DNA of 49,535 nucleotides from an uncultured Mycobacterium sp. (GTDB taxonomy: Bacteria; Pseudomonadota; Gammaproteobacteria; UBA4575). Every line of letters starts with the position of its first letter. Positions within the stretch are counted from its first letter, which is position 1. Location: the NCBI GenBank assembly GCA_964196535.1, contig CAXMUG010000076.1, positions 1-49,535 of the forward strand, given 5' to 3'. The position numbers and the translations under genes were made by a program. The notes below the pieces were generated by a model. It had not been told where the DNA came from, did no database searches, and saw only the letters and a program-made list of their open reading frames with translations. This document shows positions 1 through 9,852 of this stretch, piece after piece.

Positions 1-480
1 GTCATGCAAAATTTCACAGCAAAAAAAATTGATCTGCTTATTGCGACAACGGTTATTGAAGTAGGGGTAGATGTTCCCAATGCAAGCTTGATGGTTATCG
101 AGAATGCTGAACGTTTAGGTTTGGCACAATTACATCAACTGCGCGGTCGAGTAGGTCGTGGTACAGAAGAGAGTAGTTGCGTATTAGTCTTTGACCCACC
201 ACTCACAGAAAATGCTAAAACACGTATTGATACCATGCGTAATACCAATGATGGTTTTAAAATTGCACAGGTTGATTTAGAAATACGCGGACCAGGCGAG
301 GTATTAGGTACGAGGCAAACTGGAATGCTACAACTACGTATTGCAAACATCATGCGTGACCAAGATTTGATTCCGCTTGTGCAAGAGTGTGCCAAGCAAC
401 TACTAAAAAATTATCCAAAGAATGTGGATGCGGTGATACAAAGATGGTTAGGGAGTTCGACTGAATATGGGCAGGTGTGA
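1..480 (+). CDS. recG: ATP-dependent DNA helicase RecG, C-terminal part (5' end outside the window)
   Basis: The frame is open to the window edge. Helicase C-terminal motifs IATTVIEVGVDVPNAS and QLHQLRGRVGRG are present. TGA stop at 478-480. Confidence 0.9.
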   Translation, partial: VMQNFTAKKIDLLIATTVIEVGVDVPNASLMVIENAERLGLAQLHQLRGRVGRGTEESSCVLVFDPPLTENAKTRIDTMRNTNDGFKIAQVDLEIRGPGEVLGTRQTGMLQLRIANIMRDQDLIPLVQECAKQLLKNYPKNVDAVIQRWLGSSTEYGQV

Positions 481-614
481 TTTAGTATAATGACTACTAG
501 CGACGTAAGGCGGAAATTCAAATGTATCAGTTTTTATAATTAACCCTTAGTTAAAAAAATGTTATAGTTAGTCTGAAAAATATACTTATCATTATATAAT
601 AATAAGGGGAATCG

Positions 615-1472
615 ATGAAAATCTTTTTTGCATCAATTTTTTTCATTGCGCTTGTTACTGCAAACGCTTTCGGTCATGAAACACCAGATACACTGAATCA
701 AATTAAGCAAACAGAAAAAATAAGAATTGGCTATCGCGAGTCGGAGCCGCCTATGTCTTTCTTAAATAAAGAGGGTAAGCCGATAGGGTATTCAATTGAT
801 TTGTGCAATCGTATCGTTGCTGGTTTGGAAATTGAAATTGGTAAAGAAGTTAGTGTGGAATATATTCCAGTAACTGCACATAGTAGATTCGATGCTTTGG
901 TTGAAAACCAAATAGATATTTTATGTGGCTCCACTACTAAAACGTTATCACGTGGGAAACTCGTTGACTTTACTCAACTTACTTTTGTAACAGGCGCATC
1001 ATTTATGACGCAAAAGGGAGAAGAGTTTAGTGAACTTTCAGCACTAAATGGTAAAAAAGTAGGTGTCGTTCGAGATACTACTACGCTAGAAGTACTGGGT
1101 AACCTGTTAAAGGAAACCTCAACGGATGCTGAAGTTGTTACCTTTAGTACCGCTCTTGAAGCACTTGATTCTTTGAGAAAAGGTAAGATCGCTGCCTTCT
1201 CATCGGATCAGGTGGTCTTAATTGGTTTAGTAATCACTGCTAAAGATGTAGATAATTTTTCAATTTCTCCAAATGTTTTTTCATATGAGCCATTTGCTTT
1301 TGCGGTAAGACGGAATGATGCAGACTTCAGGTTGCTTGCTGATAGTGTGCTATCCAGATTGTATCGTACTGGTCTTGTAGGCAAGACCTATAGTAAGTGG
1401 TTTGGGAAATTTTCCAAAGAAAGGCCACCGCTACATGATGCGCTATACCAATTAAATGCAACACCAGAATAA
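615..1472 (+). CDS. Periplasmic substrate-binding protein, amino-acid ABC type (family 3 SBP); no permease or ATPase gene adjacent
   Basis: 285 aa with signal peptide MKIFFASIFFIALVTANAFG. SBP-3-like blocks are present (IRIGYRE, IDILCGSTT, YEPFAFAVRRND). GGGGA RBS upstream. Confidence 0.75.
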   Translation: MKIFFASIFFIALVTANAFGHETPDTLNQIKQTEKIRIGYRESEPPMSFLNKEGKPIGYSIDLCNRIVAGLEIEIGKEVSVEYIPVTAHSRFDALVENQIDILCGSTTKTLSRGKLVDFTQLTFVTGASFMTQKGEEFSELSALNGKKVGVVRDTTTLEVLGNLLKETSTDAEVVTFSTALEALDSLRKGKIAAFSSDQVVLIGLVITAKDVDNFSISPNVFSYEPFAFAVRRNDADFRLLADSVLSRLYRTGLVGKTYSKWFGKFSKERPPLHDALYQLNATPE

Positions 1473-1677
1473 AGCATAAGGCTTATAAATTGATCCAGGC
1501 GGATATATTAATAAATTAAAAGTAATTGAGTATATCTGCAATTGGTCGATGGCCGAACATGATCATTTGGCCAGGAGATAATTTAATTGGTTGTGTCATC
1601 CATGATGCGATTTATTATTATGCGACTGCTTCTTGCATCCATGGTTGCTGAATGCAGGAGTTCGCAAATAGAATTAT

Positions 1678-1974
1678 TTAAAGTAAGTCGAAGTTCCCTA
1701 TCAATATAGTTGTGACATAAATACCAACTAGTCCCACTAAGGCAAAGAAAGAGATCGTTTTAATTAAATTAGATTTACCAATCGAGATTCCGCCAAAACT
1801 AAAAATTAGCCCAATTGCAGCGATTGCAAACGACACCCAAAATACAATATTCACACAGGAGGTTTGGCAGCTGCGTCCATCGAAGGTGCCAGATAGTAAT
1901 TGCGTGCCTAAAAAGATGGCTAGAGCCCAACTAATTAGAGCGCTGAGAACGGAGATAGTTGTGTTTAGTGTCAT
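1678..1974 (-). CDS. Hypothetical small integral membrane protein
   Basis: 98-aa ORF with about three hydrophobic helices. No family recognised. Confidence 0.4.
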   Translation of the reverse strand: MTLNTTISVLSALISWALAIFLGTQLLSGTFDGRSCQTSCVNIVFWVSFAIAAIGLIFSFGGISIGKSNLIKTISFFALVGLVGIYVTTILIGNFDLL

Positions 1975-2091
1975 AGCTGTAAAACTCGTACTTATTATGA
2001 ATGTTTCTAACTAAATTATTTTGTAACAGTCTTATATTGTAGCAAGCTTGGGCATTAGTGAAACCGCTATAGTGTGCATCTCTGCACATAT

Positions 2092-2433
2092 TTAAAGAAT
2101 TAGATATATGTTGTCATCCCTTATCGCAAAGGGCAGTGCTTTAAGACTTTTTTCTTTGCATGGTCCGTAGATACAAAGTCCGCTGTTAATTTCAAACATG
2201 GCGCCATGATTTGCGCACTGTATGTGGTTATTATCCAAGTCTAAAAATTGATCAGGGGTCCAATCAAGCGGGCCTTGGGTATGGGGGCATGAATTCTTGT
2301 ATACGTTGATCTGAGAATCTTTTTTGATGATGAAAAGCTCAAGTTTCGCGTCTTCTAGATCGATACTGAGTCCTTTGCTACCCGGGTCTGCTATCTCGTC
2401 TACCGTCGTGATTAATATTTCTTCTTGAGACAT
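2092..2433 (-). CDS. Small Rieske [2Fe-2S] domain protein
   Basis: 113 aa. CPHTQG...CANHG gives the CxH...CxxH Rieske ligand pattern. Confidence 0.8.
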   Translation of the reverse strand: MSQEEILITTVDEIADPGSKGLSIDLEDAKLELFIIKKDSQINVYKNSCPHTQGPLDWTPDQFLDLDNNHIQCANHGAMFEINSGLCIYGPCKEKSLKALPFAIRDDNIYLIL

Positions 2434-2503
2434 AAAGTTATTTGTGTTCTCCTAAATAATAGCTTCCTTTTTAAGACTTTAACAATCGAGTACCCAGGTT
2501 ACC

Positions 2504-2956
2504 ATGGAAGAAAAGAAACTTTTCTCGACATCAGAAGAAGCAGAAAAAGCTTTTTATGCTGCGTTTCAACAAGAGGATCTTGAAATGATGATGTCCGTTT
2601 GGGCGGACGATGAAGATATTACCTGTATCCATCCCGGTGGAAACCGTTTAGAGGGAACAAACAATATTCTTGAGAGCTGGGAGCAGATATTTAGCCACGA
2701 GAATGGGATTAAGTTTGAGATCAATCAAAAAAGAGTATTGATAGAGAATGATATTGCGATGCATCACGTTATTGAATCCATTTACATGGATGGCGAGCTC
2801 CAGTCGGAAATTATTGCTACTAATGTTTATCGCAAAAGTCCTAACGGTTGGCATATGATTTTACACCATGCATCACCAGAGCTTAGGTCAGCGTTTATCC
2901 CCGAAGAGGAAGAAAACCTAGAAGATCAAGAAGAGGAGAAAAAAACTTTTCACTAA
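2504..2956 (+). CDS. SnoaL-like / NTF2-fold (DUF4440-type) protein with acidic C-terminal tail
   Basis: 150 aa with an N-terminal AEKAFYAAFQQEDLEMMMSVWADD pattern typical of the family. Its stop overlaps the convergent Mrp-like gene by 4 nt (2953-2956). Confidence 0.6.
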   Translation: MEEKKLFSTSEEAEKAFYAAFQQEDLEMMMSVWADDEDITCIHPGGNRLEGTNNILESWEQIFSHENGIKFEINQKRVLIENDIAMHHVIESIYMDGELQSEIIATNVYRKSPNGWHMILHHASPELRSAFIPEEEENLEDQEEEKKTFH

Positions 2957-4662
2957 TAAATATAGTAAAAGATAAGGTACGTGCCGAGCAAGAACGCAAC
3001 CCACATCACCATACTACCAGTTGGCCAGCTTCTCGCAAGAATTCCTTGAGGCCCATGGTGTCGATGTAGACGAGTACCCACCAGGAATAGTATTTTTTTC
3101 AAGCTAGATAAAATACCAATCTCACCTGCTGCCGTTAAACTACCTAACTTTCTCGCAAGGTAAGCGCCGGGCTTACGATAAAACCAATCAACATCTAGAT
3201 TCACTGAATGTAATTCTGGAGGGTATATTCCTGTTCGAAGTAGCAAAGCGAATGCAAGTGCGGAGTAAAGCAATAGCTGTAACTGCGTGATTACATGAGT
3301 AACAGTGAAAGGATTGTAATCGATACTATATGGCAATATCTTATAAAATGTTTCTGGAAAGATTCCTATTCCCATCGATAAAATAGCAGCAATCCCCATT
3401 GCAATTAACATATTTTTTGGCGCTTCTTCGCAGCGAATTTTACTGTCATGCGCAAAAAATGCGAAAAAAGGAATTTTTATTCCGGCATGATGAAAAACGC
3501 CAGCAGAAGCAAATAGAAGAATAAGCCAAGAAAATTTATAGCCTTCGCGAGCAGCTGCTTCCATGATTAGTGATTTAGTCACAAACGCGCTAAATAACGG
3601 AAAGGCTGAAATTGAGGCTGCACCAATAATACAAAAGAATGTCGTATAAGGCATCGATTTATACAAGCCACCCAAATCAGAGCCATTCATTTTTCCAGTT
3701 CGCAGCAACACGGCACCCATGCTCATAAATAATAGTCCCTTAAATAGAATATCTGCAAAAGCATGTGCAGCGGTTCCATTAAGAGCCAGTTCAGTGCCAA
3801 TTCCAATTCCAACTACCATAAACCCAAGTTGGTTGATCATGATGTAGGTTAATACACGGCGAAGATCATTTTCGATTACAGCATAAAAAATTGGAAACAA
3901 AGCCATCACTAAGCCGATCCAAATGAGAAATTCAGTTCCAGGGAACGCCCTGGCAAGAGCATAGACCGCCATCTTTGTAGTAAAGGCTGATAGAACTACA
4001 GCGCCAGTAACTGTAGCTTCCGGGTAAGAATCTACTAGCCAACTATGGAACAGGGGGAAAGCGCATTTAATTCCAAATGCAATAAGAATTAGTAAAGCGC
4101 CAGGACTATCTAGACTCAGCTTTGTAAATTCAATCGTGTCATTAGCGTTAGCATATAAAATAATTCCAACTAATAAACACAATCCCGATGTGACTTGCAC
4201 AATTAAATAACGTAACCCAGCGTGGTAGGATCGCTCAGTTCGTCGTGCCAAGATCAAAAATACTGACGAAATGGCTGCCATTTCCCAGTATATAAACAGT
4301 GTTATCAAGTCTCCTGCCAACACAACGCCAAGCGCGCAGCCTGCGTAGATAAGGTTGACTACTTGTTGCCATGAATCACGTAAATGCAATGAATATATGA
4401 CCGCTATGAATGCGGCAATATGAAATATAACGGCAAATATGAAACTAAGTTCATCAACATGTAATGTTGACAAAGTGTAATTAAAAAGTATCAGCTCAGC
4501 TTGGTTTCCTGTTGGAAGTGTACAAAGTTGCAACAGTGATAAAATAGGTAAAAGCAGCATGTAGACAGTACGTAATTTACCTCGCAGCATTGGGATTAGT
4601 AGCGCACCAATAACCAAGATTACAGCTGGGTTTAGGCTATCAATCACCGAAGTAATCCTCAT
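2953..4662 (-). CDS. MrpD/MrpA/NuoL-like proton-conducting antiporter subunit with C-terminal amphipathic extension plus terminal TM helix
   Basis: About 570 aa and polytopic, with the Proton_antipo_M-like core (WLVDSYPEATVTGAVVLSAF..TKMAVYAL). The C-terminus has FYRKPGAYLARKLGSLTAAGEIGILSSLKKILFLVGTRL followed by a final hydrophobic helix. Start is ATG 4662 or GTG 4665. Confidence 0.8.
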   Translation of the reverse strand: MRITSVIDSLNPAVILVIGALLIPMLRGKLRTVYMLLLPILSLLQLCTLPTGNQAELILFNYTLSTLHVDELSFIFAVIFHIAAFIAVIYSLHLRDSWQQVVNLIYAGCALGVVLAGDLITLFIYWEMAAISSVFLILARRTERSYHAGLRYLIVQVTSGLCLLVGIILYANANDTIEFTKLSLDSPGALLILIAFGIKCAFPLFHSWLVDSYPEATVTGAVVLSAFTTKMAVYALARAFPGTEFLIWIGLVMALFPIFYAVIENDLRRVLTYIMINQLGFMVVGIGIGTELALNGTAAHAFADILFKGLLFMSMGAVLLRTGKMNGSDLGGLYKSMPYTTFFCIIGAASISAFPLFSAFVTKSLIMEAAAREGYKFSWLILLFASAGVFHHAGIKIPFFAFFAHDSKIRCEEAPKNMLIAMGIAAILSMGIGIFPETFYKILPYSIDYNPFTVTHVITQLQLLLYSALAFALLLRTGIYPPELHSVNLDVDWFYRKPGAYLARKLGSLTAAGEIGILSSLKKILFLVGTRLHRHHGPQGILARSWPTGSMVMWVAFLLGTYLIFYYIY

Positions 4663-4894
4663 CACGTTTTACAATTTTACGTATTTGTTTGGCTAGTAAT
4701 ACTAAAGCTATGCACGCGAAAAAACCGAACCAGGCAAAAAAGCCAAACCAAATTTCAAAAGAGAAATTAATATGCTTGTGGTAAACAAAATCAAGCAACA
4801 TTAATGCTGCACAGACGATGTACAGCCCATATACAACTTTATTAACGTTGTTTGTGTTATCAAGCCAGTATTTTTTATCTTTTTGATTACTCAT
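4640..4894 (-). CDS. 84-aa two-TM membrane protein embedded in the Mrp-like operon
   Basis: Two hydrophobic helices. Its ATG overlaps the upstream stop as ATGA (4891-4894), and its 3' end overlaps the next gene's start. Confidence 0.6.
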   Translation of the reverse strand: MSNQKDKKYWLDNTNNVNKVVYGLYIVCAALMLLDFVYHKHINFSFEIWFGFFAWFGFFACIALVLLAKQIRKIVKRDEDYFGD

Positions 4895-6357
4895 GGATTA
4901 AATGCTGGGTAAAGAAAATCATAGATATATTGCATATAAAAAAATAACAGGAATGTGCACAACGCTGTTACACATAAAGGCACAACGCATGCAAGAGGAG
5001 CTTCATTAATTCCAGGGCTTCCTTTACCTATAGTATGGTCAAGTGGCATAAAAAATCCACGTATGGCAATGGGTAATAAGTAAGCACAATTAAGTAACGT
5101 GCTTAGGCCAAAAGCAATTAGCACAATATAGTTTTCTTTGTTAAGACTGCCTTCAATTAAAAACCATTTGCTCCAGCTGCCTATTAAAGGCGGCAAACCG
5201 ATAATACTAATCGTCGCGATTAGGAATGCGGAAAAAGTAAATGGCATACGTCTACCCAAACCATCTAATTGGCTTATTTGAGTAAACTTTGTTGCCGTGT
5301 AGACCGCGCCAGCACAAAAGAACAAGGTAATTTTTCCAAATGCATGAGTAAAAATGTGCATTGCGCCACCAAGGGCGGCTATCGGGCTTGCTAATGCGGC
5401 ACCGATTACGATATAAGATAATTGGCTTATCGTTGAGTATGCAAGGCGAGCCTTAAAGTTATCTTTGCTTAGTGCAATCACTGATGAAATGAGCATGGTT
5501 GCAACTGCAATCCATAATACCCAATCCGATGCATTTTGAGTTGCAACGAAATCGATGCCAAAGATATAGATGGTTACTTTTAATACCGAAAACACTCCAG
5601 CTTTTACCACTGCTACTGCATGCAGCAAGGCACTTACCGGTGTCGGAGCGACCATTGCGGCAGGTAACCAACGATGAAATGGCATTAGCGCTGCTTTACC
5701 TATGCCAAACATGAATAGCGTAAATAAAATGATTGCACCAGTTTTTTCAATATTGCCTTCTAGTATTCCTCCAGGAATAAAATCCAAAGTACCAGCTTGT
5801 AACCAGGTGATCACTATTGCGGTTAAGAAAAATACTATAGAAGTGCCTAGTAGAATTCCTAGATAAGTACGGCCACCGACTTGAGCATCAGCATTTTGTT
5901 TATGTACAACTAATGGGAAAGTACATAAGGTCAATGCTTCATAAAAAATAAACAGCGTGGCTAAATTAGCCGCAAACGCGATTCCCATTGTGGCTGCAAT
6001 AGAAAGTGCAAAGAATAAATAAAATCGAGTTTGATTCTTTTCCTTATTGCCGCGCATATAACCGATCGAATAAATCGTGGTGATAATCCATAAACTTGAT
6101 GCTAACAATGCAAACATCAACCCTAGTGGTTCAATATGGAAAGCTAAAGAGAGGCCAGGGGCGATGGTGAATAAGGTATGAGATATATTTTGTTGTTCGC
6201 TACCTAGCAGCTGTGCGGTAAAAATAAATAAAATTACTGCAACAAGTAATGAAGAAGCTTCACGTAGTGAAGCATGGTTGCGAAACAATAAAACCAATAG
6301 ACCTGCAAGCAGTGGAATTACAATAGCTAATTCAAATTGTTGTAAAATTCCAGCCAT
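4891..6357 (-). CDS. mrpD: MrpD/NuoN-like antiporter subunit (paralog 2)
   Basis: 488 aa and polytopic. Motif FHRWLPAAMVAPTPVSALLHAVAVVKAGVF is typical of NuoL/M/N-MrpA/D proteins. Confidence 0.85.
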   Translation of the reverse strand: MAGILQQFELAIVIPLLAGLLVLLFRNHASLREASSLLVAVILFIFTAQLLGSEQQNISHTLFTIAPGLSLAFHIEPLGLMFALLASSLWIITTIYSIGYMRGNKEKNQTRFYLFFALSIAATMGIAFAANLATLFIFYEALTLCTFPLVVHKQNADAQVGGRTYLGILLGTSIVFFLTAIVITWLQAGTLDFIPGGILEGNIEKTGAIILFTLFMFGIGKAALMPFHRWLPAAMVAPTPVSALLHAVAVVKAGVFSVLKVTIYIFGIDFVATQNASDWVLWIAVATMLISSVIALSKDNFKARLAYSTISQLSYIVIGAALASPIAALGGAMHIFTHAFGKITLFFCAGAVYTATKFTQISQLDGLGRRMPFTFSAFLIATISIIGLPPLIGSWSKWFLIEGSLNKENYIVLIAFGLSTLLNCAYLLPIAIRGFFMPLDHTIGKGSPGINEAPLACVVPLCVTALCTFLLFFYMQYIYDFLYPAFNP

Positions 6358-6360
6358 TGC

Positions 6361-7869
6361 CTATAGAAATAAATTATTAATTGCGGTCTCAGCAAAACCG
6401 TAACTGAATGAAGTGTTGAGTCCAAAATAGAAGCTAGCTGCGACTAATAACCAGAGAGGGATGAGCATTTGTAAAGGAGCCTCAGCACACTCAGTAGGAT
6501 TCTTATCAGACTGTTTTATTGGGCTTTTTAAATATGCGTACTCTACAATTTTCCATATATAAATAACTGCGAGCAGTGAGCCGCCTACTATCACTACAGC
6601 CGCTAACCAATTTCCTTGTTCTAGCGCAGCAATTAATAAATACCACTTGCTAATAAAGCCTGCGGTGAAAGGAATACCTATTAAACTAAGCCCTAAAAGT
6701 AAGACGGCTGCCATTGTCCACGGCATACGTTTCCCTAGTCCTGCAAAGTTTGATAATTGCGCTGAGCCTGTGCGTAAAACAATACATGCCATAGCTAAAA
6801 ATAGCCCGCCTTTGATAATGGCATGATTAAACATATGCAACATGCCAGCGATGCTACCGCTTTTGGTAGCCAAACTAATGCCTAGTGTCATATAGCCAAT
6901 TTGGGCAACACTGGAATAGGCTAGCATTCTTTTAATATTTTCTTGGAAGATCGCTACAGATGAGGCGATAAAAATGGCAAGTACAGAAAGGGGTAACAAT
7001 ATCTTGTCTAGCTGAAACTCTCCAAAAGTTATTTCGTTAGAAAATAAACCAAAGAAGAATCTAAATAAAACATAGAGCGATACCTTGGTAGCCGTTGCGG
7101 ATAGAAATACTGTAATCATTGAGGGTGCGTAGGCGTATGCGTTAGGCAACCACAAGTGTAAAGGTAATAGGGCAAGCTTTAGTGAAATGCCGACGGTAAA
7201 AAAGGCAAATGCTGCATGCAGCGCTCTTGAATCGAGTAATTCCGGCACTCTGGCCTGTAAATCAACAATATTTAATGTTCCAGTAAGCATGTATAGCAGG
7301 CCAACACCAATCAATATAAATGTCGCGCCAATGGTTCCCATGATTAAATATTGGTAGGAAGCGGTTAAAGCTTTGCGGTTACTGCCTAGGGCAATAAGGG
7401 CATAGGAGGATAACGAGCTGATCTCTAAAAACACAAAAATATTAAATGCATCACCGGTAGTAACGATGCCTAGTAAACCTGTTAAGCAAAGTAAAAATGC
7501 GGAATAAAATAAGCTGATTTTTTCATGAGCAATTTCTTGCTCAACACTTTTTCGTGCTGCGAGCATGGTGATACTTGCTATCCCAGACACGATGAGCAGA
7601 ACATAACTACTCAAATGATCAACGCGATATTCAATCCCCCATGGAGCCGCCCAACCGCCAAGTTGATAACTAATTACACCATGTTGTGAAACTTCTTTCG
7701 CAAGTAGTACAGCAATAATAAAAGTTGTCAGGCTAACCAGTGTGGCAAATAGCCAGGCAAGATTGTTGCCTAATTTGTTCCCAGATTTAGCTAATGGAAG
7801 AAGCGCACATAGCGGTGCAGAGATTAAAGGCACCACGACTTGTAAAACAACGAGATGTTGGCTTAACAC
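6361..7869 (-). CDS. mrpD: MrpD/NuoM-like antiporter subunit (paralog 1)
   Basis: 502 aa and polytopic. Motif LHLWLPNAYAYAPSMITVFLSATATKVSLYVL. 1-nt overlap with mrpC. Confidence 0.85.
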   Translation of the reverse strand: MLSQHLVVLQVVVPLISAPLCALLPLAKSGNKLGNNLAWLFATLVSLTTFIIAVLLAKEVSQHGVISYQLGGWAAPWGIEYRVDHLSSYVLLIVSGIASITMLAARKSVEQEIAHEKISLFYSAFLLCLTGLLGIVTTGDAFNIFVFLEISSLSSYALIALGSNRKALTASYQYLIMGTIGATFILIGVGLLYMLTGTLNIVDLQARVPELLDSRALHAAFAFFTVGISLKLALLPLHLWLPNAYAYAPSMITVFLSATATKVSLYVLFRFFFGLFSNEITFGEFQLDKILLPLSVLAIFIASSVAIFQENIKRMLAYSSVAQIGYMTLGISLATKSGSIAGMLHMFNHAIIKGGLFLAMACIVLRTGSAQLSNFAGLGKRMPWTMAAVLLLGLSLIGIPFTAGFISKWYLLIAALEQGNWLAAVVIVGGSLLAVIYIWKIVEYAYLKSPIKQSDKNPTECAEAPLQMLIPLWLLVAASFYFGLNTSFSYGFAETAINNLFL

Positions 7870-8246
7870 TAGGAATCTGCCTCATTATCATCTTCGTATT
7901 CTTTTTCATCCTGTGAATGAATAATGTTTTCATCAATCGTGCCGTATTCACGATAAATACGCGCAATGATTGCAAGACCTAAAGCAGTAGTCGCTACTCC
8001 AACAACAATAGCGGTCAGTATTAATACATGTGGCAAAGGGTTGCTGTAAATCGTAATGCCTTCCGCAAGTATAGGGGCCGTACCGCCTTCCACATTGCTC
8101 ATTGAGATGAATAAAATAAAAACAGAGGTTTGAAAGATACTAAGACCAATCATTTTTTTTATTAAATTGGCATCAGAAATGACAATGTAAAAACCCAGCA
8201 TCATTAGAATGATGGCTACCCAATAATTATAATAATCAGCAAACAT
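7869..8246 (-). CDS. mrpC: Cation:proton antiporter subunit C (MrpC/MnhC, NuoK-like)
   Basis: 125 aa with three TM helices. The pattern LIKKMIGLSIFQTSVFILFIS is MnhC-like. Confidence 0.8.
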   Translation of the reverse strand: MFADYYNYWVAIILMMLGFYIVISDANLIKKMIGLSIFQTSVFILFISMSNVEGGTAPILAEGITIYSNPLPHVLILTAIVVGVATTALGLAIIARIYREYGTIDENIIHSQDEKEYEDDNEADS

Positions 8247-8671
8247 TATTTATCAGCGTATTCATCTAGCATATAAAAAATCATAATCATAACTGCGGCA
8301 ACCGTAATGCCTACGCCTAATTCGATAATAAAGATGCCTATATGTTGTCCATACAGGGGGTCATGGGCTAGAACATTATAGTCAAGATAATTACCACCCA
8401 TAAATAATGAAGCAACTCCTACTCCTGCATAAAGAAGTAAGCCAATAGAAACAAAGTACCGTACTACGCTAGTTGGGAATATTTTTTGTGTTTTTTCTCT
8501 TCCGTATACCAATGCATAAAGAATTACTGCTGCAGCGAAAATTACTCCGGCTTGAAAACCTCCGCCGGGGCCATAGTCGCCATGAAATTGCACATAAAAA
8601 GCATATAACAAAACAGCGGGAACAATAAGGTTGCATACTTCGCGTAAGATAAGACTTCTTTTTTTATTCAT
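8246..8671 (-). CDS. mrpB: Cation:proton antiporter subunit B (MrpB/MnhB)
   Basis: HGDYGPGGGFQAGVIFAAAVIL is the MnhB signature. The preferred start is ATG 8671, which overlaps the upstream stop as ATGAATAA. The track's longer start at 8722 is less likely. Confidence 0.8.
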   Translation of the reverse strand: MNKKRSLILREVCNLIVPAVLLYAFYVQFHGDYGPGGGFQAGVIFAAAVILYALVYGREKTQKIFPTSVVRYFVSIGLLLYAGVGVASLFMGGNYLDYNVLAHDPLYGQHIGIFIIELGVGITVAAVMIMIFYMLDEYADK

Positions 8672-9233
8672 TCTTATCTGTCTTGTTAAGGTTTTGGTTT
8701 TTTGATTTTCGTGAACCGCCAAGCAATAACATCACTCCAATTGCAGCGGTAAATACTACAGTTACCTCTCCTAACGTGTCGTAGCCACGATAGCTTGCGA
8801 GTACTGAGGTGACGATATTCGGAATGCCAATTTCTTCATCACTTTGTTCTATATAGCGTGGTGCGACATACGTATGAATAGGAGCCATTGGATCGCCAAA
8901 TTTCGGCATATCCAGCGTACCGTAAATCAATGCGGCAGCGGTTATGGTGGTTACAGCTATGGGAAGTAATTTGCTATGGTGAGTTACTGATTGCTCTCTG
9001 CCTGTTATCGCAATTGCACCTAGTAATAAAACTGTAGTGAGTCCTGCACCTACAGCAGCCTCGGTAAAAGCAACATCCACTGCATCAAGAATTACAAATA
9101 AACCAGCAGACAATAAACTATATATACCACTTAATAGTACGGCTGCGAGTAAGTTTTGTAAGCGAAGTAAAATAATTGCAGTAAGGGCTAACAGGGTCAG
9201 CAAGGAAAAATTGATGATGGTTTGAATGTCCAT
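8664..9233 (-). CDS. MrpB-related / DUF4040 (MbhD-MbhE-like, equivalent to the MrpA C-terminal domain) subunit
   Basis: 189 aa. The N-terminal half is hydrophobic and DUF4040-like. The C-terminal motif NIVTSVLASYRGYDTLGEVTVVF is typical of the MnhB/MrpA C-terminal domain. Confidence 0.75.
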   Translation of the reverse strand: MDIQTIINFSLLTLLALTAIILLRLQNLLAAVLLSGIYSLLSAGLFVILDAVDVAFTEAAVGAGLTTVLLLGAIAITGREQSVTHHSKLLPIAVTTITAAALIYGTLDMPKFGDPMAPIHTYVAPRYIEQSDEEIGIPNIVTSVLASYRGYDTLGEVTVVFTAAIGVMLLLGGSRKSKNQNLNKTDKNE

Positions 9234-9256
9234 TGTGCTTTCAGATACAACCTAAA

Positions 9257-9562
9257 TTAATGGTTGTCAATTTCGGTTTCCCTATCTGTGAGCTTTGCTG
9301 CACTAGCTAGTGCATGTACAGCGGTTGGCCCAGTTAGCATCATAAAGAATAATATAAACACAAGTTTGATAATGACGATGGGATCTTGAGTCTGTGTAAT
9401 CAAGCCTAAAAGAATAAGAATAGCGCCTAAGCTGTCAACAATACTTGCAGCATGAACTCTAGAATAAAAATCAGGTAAGCGAATTAACCCTATTGAACCC
9501 ACTAGGCAGAAAAAACTTCCTAATATTAGCAAAACCCATCCTAGTACAGTCATAAATAGCAT
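9257..9562 (-). CDS. mrpG: Cation:proton antiporter subunit G (MrpG/MnhG)
   Basis: 101 aa. The GSIGLIRLPDFYSRVHAASIVDSLG motif is MnhG-like. Confidence 0.8.
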   Translation of the reverse strand: MLFMTVLGWVLLILGSFFCLVGSIGLIRLPDFYSRVHAASIVDSLGAILILLGLITQTQDPIVIIKLVFILFFMMLTGPTAVHALASAAKLTDRETEIDNH

Positions 9563-9577
9563 AAATTACTCGTTAGA

Positions 9578-9847
9578 TTATTCGCTAGGTGTTTTGCCTA
9601 AATTTCCATAGCGGAAGAGTTTTAGTACAGCGATGGTTGAAATAAAGTTGATCAATGCATATAACAAGGCGATATCCATAAAATCTGGCCGACCGGTTAA
9701 GAATCCAAATAAAGCAATTAATAGTACGGTTGCTGTACCAAATGTATTGATTGCTAATATCCGATCAAAAACAGTGGGGCCTAATGCCGCGCGTATTAAA
9801 ATAATTAACATTACTACAAGAATCGCAATCGTGGCAGCAATGAACAT
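9578..9847 (-). CDS. mrpF: Cation:proton antiporter subunit F (MrpF/MnhF)
   Basis: 89 aa with three TM helices. The LGPTVFDRILAINTFGT motif is MnhF-like. Confidence 0.8.
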   Translation of the reverse strand: MFIAATIAILVVMLIILIRAALGPTVFDRILAINTFGTATVLLIALFGFLTGRPDFMDIALLYALINFISTIAVLKLFRYGNLGKTPSE

Positions 9848-9852
9848 TTATT

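Noticed and set aside
8672-8722. Longer start for the MrpB-like gene (track start 8722), which would overlap the upstream gene by 59 nt
   Set aside because: The internal ATG at 8671 gives a classic ATGAATAA stop/start overlap and removes a non-hydrophobic, non-conserved leader.
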